The notes under the pieces were generated by a model. The model made no database searches. It was not told the origin of the DNA and saw nothing but the letters and a program-made list of their open reading frames with translations. A program made the translations under genes and the position numbers. Below, in pieces: positions 26,185-30,264 of a stretch of 30,264 nt of DNA. The stretch lies in IMG/VR virus record IMGVR_UViG_3300011335_000532, positions 1 through 30,264 of that record. One strand, written 5' to 3'. Each line of letters starts with the position of its first letter. Within the stretch, counting starts at the first letter, position 1. Source of the stretch: a virus. Its lineage: Duplodnaviria > Caudoviricetes.

Positions 26185-27278
26185 CAGGTCCCCACATAAA
26201 CTTCATCGAACAACTCGCAGCACACGGCTTCAGGGCCCATGTAGCTGAGCATCTGCTCGGCGGTGTCCAGCACATCGTCGGTGAACTTCTTGCGGTCGAT
26301 GAACCGCTCGGCAAGCTCGTAGTCTTCGGGGTACACCATGGCCGCCATGAACTGAACCAGCGGGCTAAGCCGCCCGCCCCGTGCTAGGTCGAGGCACTCG
26401 TACATCTCGTTGATCTCGGTGTCGTAATCGTCAGCGTAGTCGGCTACGTCCGTGGATAGCAGCCAGTTCTTGCCCTTGCGCTCAGGCTCAAGCGGGTCGC
26501 GCTGTGTGGGCAGCAGGTCCCACTGAACCTTGAGCACGGCGTCGGCAAGGTTGGTGAAGTGGAAGATGTCCAGCTCCTCTTTTGCTGAATGCTCGTGGTC
26601 ATACCCTACGCTGATGTTGGTGCATTCGGGGATGACGTATGTGAACTCGGCTGTGTCGGTGTACACCCCTGTGTCGTCGGGCAGGTACATCATGTTGTCG
26701 TTGCCTGCGTTGAGCGCATCGGACAGGGCTTGTGCAAACCCATCGGAGCAACAACGCCCCCACCCTTGGTGACTGATAACGCTGTCGATGCCGCGCCTGT
26801 CGAACGCGATGGCACGGCTGAACTCGCCAAGCAATGTGGGGTAGTTGTCGGACAGGAACTTGGCACCGATGCCGCCACACTCCTCGCCCTGCGTGAAGAC
26901 GTAGTAGGCAGGCACATGGTTGTGTATCAGGTGCATGAGCATGGCGCAGCCCGCACCGTCATCTGCACCCAGAGGCGCACCGTCCGCATACCACTTGCTC
27001 TTGGTCTTGCGTATCTTGTTGGGGCCAAGCTCACGATGCACCGTGTCAACGTGGGCCACGAACAGTGTGCGGTTGGTCGCGTCGATGCGGGTGTCGATGT
27101 GCAGGTTGTCCGCTGCGTCGAGCCATACGTTCTCGCTGTCCTTGAGGTGGACAGGCAGGTGGTCATACAGCCACGCTGTGAAGTACTTGGTATTGTGTGA
27201 GCCATCGGTGCTGTGTGGGCGCTTGATGGACAGGGCACGGGCAAGGGTGAGATAGAGGGGTGATTTTTTGTTAAGCAT
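26184..27278 (-). CDS. M20/M28-family Zn-dependent peptidase
   Basis: AHVDTVH, GADDGAG, GEECG, AFDRRG, YTD, NISVGYDHEH metal-ligand motifs. Confidence 0.9.
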   Translation of the reverse strand: MLNKKSPLYLTLARALSIKRPHSTDGSHNTKYFTAWLYDHLPVHLKDSENVWLDAADNLHIDTRIDATNRTLFVAHVDTVHRELGPNKIRKTKSKWYADGAPLGADDGAGCAMLMHLIHNHVPAYYVFTQGEECGGIGAKFLSDNYPTLLGEFSRAIAFDRRGIDSVISHQGWGRCCSDGFAQALSDALNAGNDNMMYLPDDTGVYTDTAEFTYVIPECTNISVGYDHEHSAKEELDIFHFTNLADAVLKVQWDLLPTQRDPLEPERKGKNWLLSTDVADYADDYDTEINEMYECLDLARGGRLSPLVQFMAAMVYPEDYELAERFIDRKKFTDDVLDTAEQMLSYMGPEAVCCELFDEVYVGT

Positions 27279-27282
27279 GGTT

Positions 27283-27297
27283 TTTCCTACGGGTAGG
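27283..27297. promoter_or_regulatory. Palindromic site TTTCCTAC-GG-GTAGG overlapping the peptidase RBS
   Basis: Fills the 21-nt gap between the stop at 27300 and the ATG at 27278; its AGGA is the SD. Confidence 0.7.
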
Positions 27298-27299
27298 GA

Positions 27300-28619
27300 T
27301 TATTCGGGTGTGGGCTCGTCGTCCTCGGACTCATCGTCCTTGGGCATCTCGTCCTCGTCGGCGTAGTACTCGCCGCTATCCTCATGGAGGTACACATCAC
27401 GTATGAGGTGGAACTCATCGTCGTCTACGCAGCGCACGATGCGGTCATCGTCAATGTGGTACCAATCACCGTCAATCTCAACGGCGTCGTCCGTGTGCTC
27501 ATACTCACCGTTGCGCAACTGCACGATATCGTTGTTGTCGAGGTAGCTCTCGTGGTAATACTCGCTCTGTGAGTCGACGTACACGGCGCAATGCCCATGG
27601 ACGTAGTACTGATTGCCGTTGCGGCCATAGGCATACACATAGCTGTTCTCGCAGCAGGATTCGCAGATATGATCTTCCTCGTATGCGCCGACCCAGTAGC
27701 CGTCACCGTCACGCACACGGTAACCGCATTCGCTGCAATCATCACCCCCACGCTCATCGGCTGAGCCATCGGTGTTGCCGCAGGTGAACTCACCGTCAGT
27801 GCGAGTGATGACTAGGTTGGCACCGTCACGAACCACATCCTTGTAGTCACCGTCAAGGTACGGTGCGATGAACCCGCAGTCGAACTCGTCGGTGGCTATG
27901 ACCTTAAGCCGCCGCCCGACCCATGAGTTAGCGCGCTGGTAGCCCTGCTCTTTCAGCCACGCTTCGAGCTGCTCGTCGGCAGGGCTGTAGCCCGATGACT
28001 TCTTGTAGGTACGCACGAATATCTTGACGCCATTGGTCTCGTTGACCAGAGCACGGCCCACGGTGTCGTTGGCCTCGATGCGCACGGCCATGGCCCAGCC
28101 AAGCGCTGGGCTGTACGCCTCATACGGGTGACGCATATCACCTGTCATGTCGGCTATGCCGTCCGCATCCCATTTCATGCAAGAGCCGGGGCCACGGGCC
28201 AAGTGGTAGATCATCTCGGCAGTGGTGTTCACGATCTTGAAATGCGCCCCATCGGATTGAGCCAGCGCAACAATGTCACGGATGGCCTCGTCGGGCAGCA
28301 CACTGAAGTGCTGCCGCAGGTACTTGCCAAGGGTGGTGACCACTTGCCTGTTGGCGATGCCTGCCCGCTCATCACGGGTGTAGGCCAGCTTGGTGTAGTC
28401 GCCCGCTGCGTTGTCGGCCATGTGCGGCCACTGAAGCATCAGGTGCTGCCAATTGTCAGGGCGGGCCATCTCGATGGCCTTGATGACGAACTTGTGTATG
28501 TTGGCGGACTTAACCTCTCGGTTGAACCACTCGCGGTGGTTGCACACGATCCAGTGCGCTTGGTCCATCACACGCTTCATGTCGTAGGGGTTGTATGCGG
28601 GGTCGGTTGTGTAAGGCAT
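27300..28619 (-). CDS. Uncharacterised protein with SCM/GRAL/RTY/PYLD core, zinc ribbon and acidic repetitive tail
   Basis: 439-aa ORF; GPGSCM, GRALV, FVRTY, APYLD, CSEC...CESCC. Confidence 0.75.
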   Translation of the reverse strand: MPYTTDPAYNPYDMKRVMDQAHWIVCNHREWFNREVKSANIHKFVIKAIEMARPDNWQHLMLQWPHMADNAAGDYTKLAYTRDERAGIANRQVVTTLGKYLRQHFSVLPDEAIRDIVALAQSDGAHFKIVNTTAEMIYHLARGPGSCMKWDADGIADMTGDMRHPYEAYSPALGWAMAVRIEANDTVGRALVNETNGVKIFVRTYKKSSGYSPADEQLEAWLKEQGYQRANSWVGRRLKVIATDEFDCGFIAPYLDGDYKDVVRDGANLVITRTDGEFTCGNTDGSADERGGDDCSECGYRVRDGDGYWVGAYEEDHICESCCENSYVYAYGRNGNQYYVHGHCAVYVDSQSEYYHESYLDNNDIVQLRNGEYEHTDDAVEIDGDWYHIDDDRIVRCVDDDEFHLIRDVYLHEDSGEYYADEDEMPKDDESEDDEPTPE

Positions 28620-28643
28620 AGCTCTTGTCTTTCAATTGCGAAT

Positions 28644-28665
28644 ACCCCCTGAGTCGGCAGGGGGT
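28644..28665. other. 8-bp GC-rich hairpin in the leader of the 28619 gene
   Basis: ACCCCCTG-AGTCGG-CAGGGGGT; no clear U-tract on the - strand. Confidence 0.55.
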
Positions 28666-28675
28666 GTACCGTGTT

Positions 28676-28691
28676 TTTCCTACGGGTAGGA
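28676..28691. promoter_or_regulatory. Palindromic operator-like site TTTCCTAC-GG-GTAGGA
   Basis: Immediately after the stop at 28693, upstream of the 28619 gene. Confidence 0.7.
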
Positions 28692-28692
28692 G

Positions 28693-28893
28693 TTACCGGG
28701 GTGGGTAGCTCAGGTTGTCTTTGATCCATGTCACCAGCAGGTGAGCATCGAGCGCGGCATCTTTGATGGGCTCAAAGTATTCGGGGTACGACTCGATGAC
28801 GCGGTCGTTCTCATGGCTTGCATCCATGGCTATGCCAGCCAGCAGGGTGTGCAGGTGCGTCAGTGCGTCATGCAGGTTGTCGGGGTTCTTCAT
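28693..28893 (-). CDS. Hypothetical protein
   Basis: ATG 28893 with SD AAGGAG and ATGA overlap. Confidence 0.7.
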   Translation of the reverse strand: MKNPDNLHDALTHLHTLLAGIAMDASHENDRVIESYPEYFEPIKDAALDAHLLVTWIKDNLSYPPR

Positions 28894-29072
28894 TTGATTT
28901 CTCCTTCGGTTAAATACAGTGCGCTCCAATCCCACATCGGGTCTTCCGTGTCTGGGCCATTGATCTCGTCGATGTACGCCTTGGCCTTGGCTTCATCGGT
29001 GAACACTACGCCCGTGGCGTGGCCCTCGTAATACGAGTCATCGCAGGGGCGGCAAACAATCCAGCATTTCAT
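28890..29072 (-). CDS. Small acidic hypothetical protein
   Basis: 60-aa ORF with ATGA overlaps and SD GAGGA. Confidence 0.7.
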   Translation of the reverse strand: MKCWIVCRPCDDSYYEGHATGVVFTDEAKAKAYIDEINGPDTEDPMWDWSALYLTEGEIK

Positions 29073-29554
29073 GTTGTCCTCTTAGGGTTGAGTTGCTTCA
29101 GGGTGTCGGGGTTGGTGATGAGCCGGTTGCGAAGGTTTTGCTGGGCTATGGCTCTACACACACGGCAGTAACGCTGCTCACGAGTACCTCCTTGCCTACG
29201 TTTGACGGTAGTTACGTATGTGTTGGTGTCATTCCACTTATGCCCAGCGCGGCAATGGGTTCGTCGCTCCCGCCCAAGGCGCATGTTTTCAGCATGGCTT
29301 ACGGCTTGTAAGTGCGCGGGGTTGATACACAGGCGGGTGTTGCATATGTGGTCAACCTCCATGTCTTGAGATAGCGCTTGGCCAGTAATTAACTGATACA
29401 TGGCCCTATGAACAGTGGTTTGTTTCCCCTTGTACACAACGACCCCATACCCAGTACCCGTGTGGGAAGCCCCTTGCCATATCCAACAATCCCCGTTTGG
29501 GGTAGTCAACTCTTTGAGGGACTCGATTGTGTGTGGCTTGTTACGTGTTCGCAT
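29069..29554 (-). mobile_element. HNH homing endonuclease (HNH_3-type with C-terminal Cys/His domain)
   Basis: CWIWQGA, GYG, VHR, VDHICNTRLCINPAHL, EN, THCRAGH...YCRVC; visibly more AT-rich than neighbours. Confidence 0.85.
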
Positions 29555-29747
29555 ACTTGTTCAGTCCTTTAAGTAACTCCGGATCGGAGACCATAATGTA
29601 ATTGGATTTTGACACGGGCACAACGGTGTGTTTGCGGGACTTGGCAAGGGCTTCACCGCAGTCCATGCAGGTGCGGTATCCGAGGGCGGCGCGTCGGTAG
29701 TCAACGTGCCCACCCCAGCAGTGGGTGCAGAGGAGTTTGTGGCTCAT
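29541..29747 (-). CDS. DksA/TraR-like C4 zinc-finger protein
   Basis: CTHC...RR..LGYRTCMDC; ATG 29747 after GAAAGG. Confidence 0.65.
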   Translation of the reverse strand: MSHKLLCTHCWGGHVDYRRAALGYRTCMDCGEALAKSRKHTVVPVSKSNYIMVSDPELLKGLNKYANT

Positions 29748-29790
29748 GGTTGCCTTTCTCAGTTGCGAGTTTTGCTTGGTGTAGTTGGTG

Positions 29791-29808
29791 TTTCCTACGT
29801 GTAGGAAA
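29791..29808. promoter_or_regulatory. Perfect palindromic site TTTCCTAC-GT-GTAGGAAA
   Basis: 8-bp arms; upstream of the first - strand gene. Confidence 0.75.
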
Positions 29809-29811
29809 GTG

Positions 29812-30264
29812 ATGCGGTATGCACCCAAAAGGGGTCTGCGATGCAGTTCCCTTCAGGCTGACTACAGCGTGTGTGCGCAGGGAGTGGCTACCCTGCGAAT
29901 GGTCTACTCGTTTATGGCCTTGCGTTTTGTCCTACGATAGCGTTCGTCGTTCGTGCATATCCCGGTTTATCCGCCTTCATTTCTTCAGGCGGCATTCGCT
30001 TTCGCTCATCCCGGTTCACGTTCCCTGCGGGTGTCGTTCATGGAATGCTTCATAGTTATCATCCGGCGTAGGGCAATGCCCTGCGTGTGTGTAGTCGCCT
30101 TATCTTCGCTATGTCATAGACCATGCCCTGTCCGCATTAGGTTTGTTGCCGGTTTCCCAGCAGAGCAAACCACGCAGTTAAGTAGGTTGTCGATACTTTG
30201 CATATGCTGTTACCACATATGCACCCGACTGGCTACGGGACGCCTATTCGCTGAGGGAGATTCT
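29812..30264 (-). ncRNA. Candidate large structured non-coding RNA (may extend past the window edge)
   Basis: No credible ORF; at least five local hairpins and several 6-8 bp long-range complementarities; GAAA tetraloop and A-rich linkers on the - strand. Confidence 0.5.

Noticed and set aside
25388-29808. Palindromic repeats as a CRISPR array, or as canonical parS
   Set aside because: Copies are more than 1 kb apart with genes between them, and the sequence differs from the parS consensus TGTTTCACGTGAAACA in arm sequence and length.
29855-30125. Group I intron: GACUA/UAGUC resembles P7 and crosses a P3-like helix, followed by a P8-like hairpin
   Set aside because: Only about 20 nt separate the P3-like and P7-like 5' strands, leaving no room for P4-P6, and no interrupted gene is evident. 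Kept only as an unclassified structured RNA.

Overview
This window is part of a tailed dsDNA bacteriophage genome (podovirus-like layout; GC roughly 55-60% by eye) with two convergent arms meeting at a terminator near 9.3 kb. The + arm (1-9313) encodes three probable internal-virion/ejection proteins. The last is a 2330-aa polyvalent protein with a Pro/Ala linker, a YkuD-like L,D-transpeptidase domain, a zincin metallopeptidase motif and an LPD38-like C-terminus. The - arm carries a replication module (AEP primase-helicase, SSB-like protein, SNF2 helicase, HNH, PD-(D/E)XK exonuclease, family A DNA polymerase with Leu at the 762 position, VRR-NUC nuclease), then many small genes and an early-type region (MoxR AAA + vWA/metallopeptidase + DUF3150-like, M20/M28 peptidase, HNH homing endonuclease). 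The most unusual signals are non-coding: (i) a >=440-nt region at the right edge dense in hairpins and crossing long-range complementarities, a candidate large pseudoknotted ncRNA; (ii) two further structured intergenic elements; (iii) a palindrome TTTCCTAC-NN-GTAGGAAA found in front of four early genes and once, exactly, inside the primase gene; (iv) a possible anti-Shine-Dalgarno small RNA at the arm junction; (v) an HNH gene that seems to have invaded a Zn-finger gene, supplying a recoded 3' end and fusing to the original one. All family calls come from motifs recognised by eye; no database search was run. No integrase, capsid, terminase, tRNA or CRISPR array was seen.
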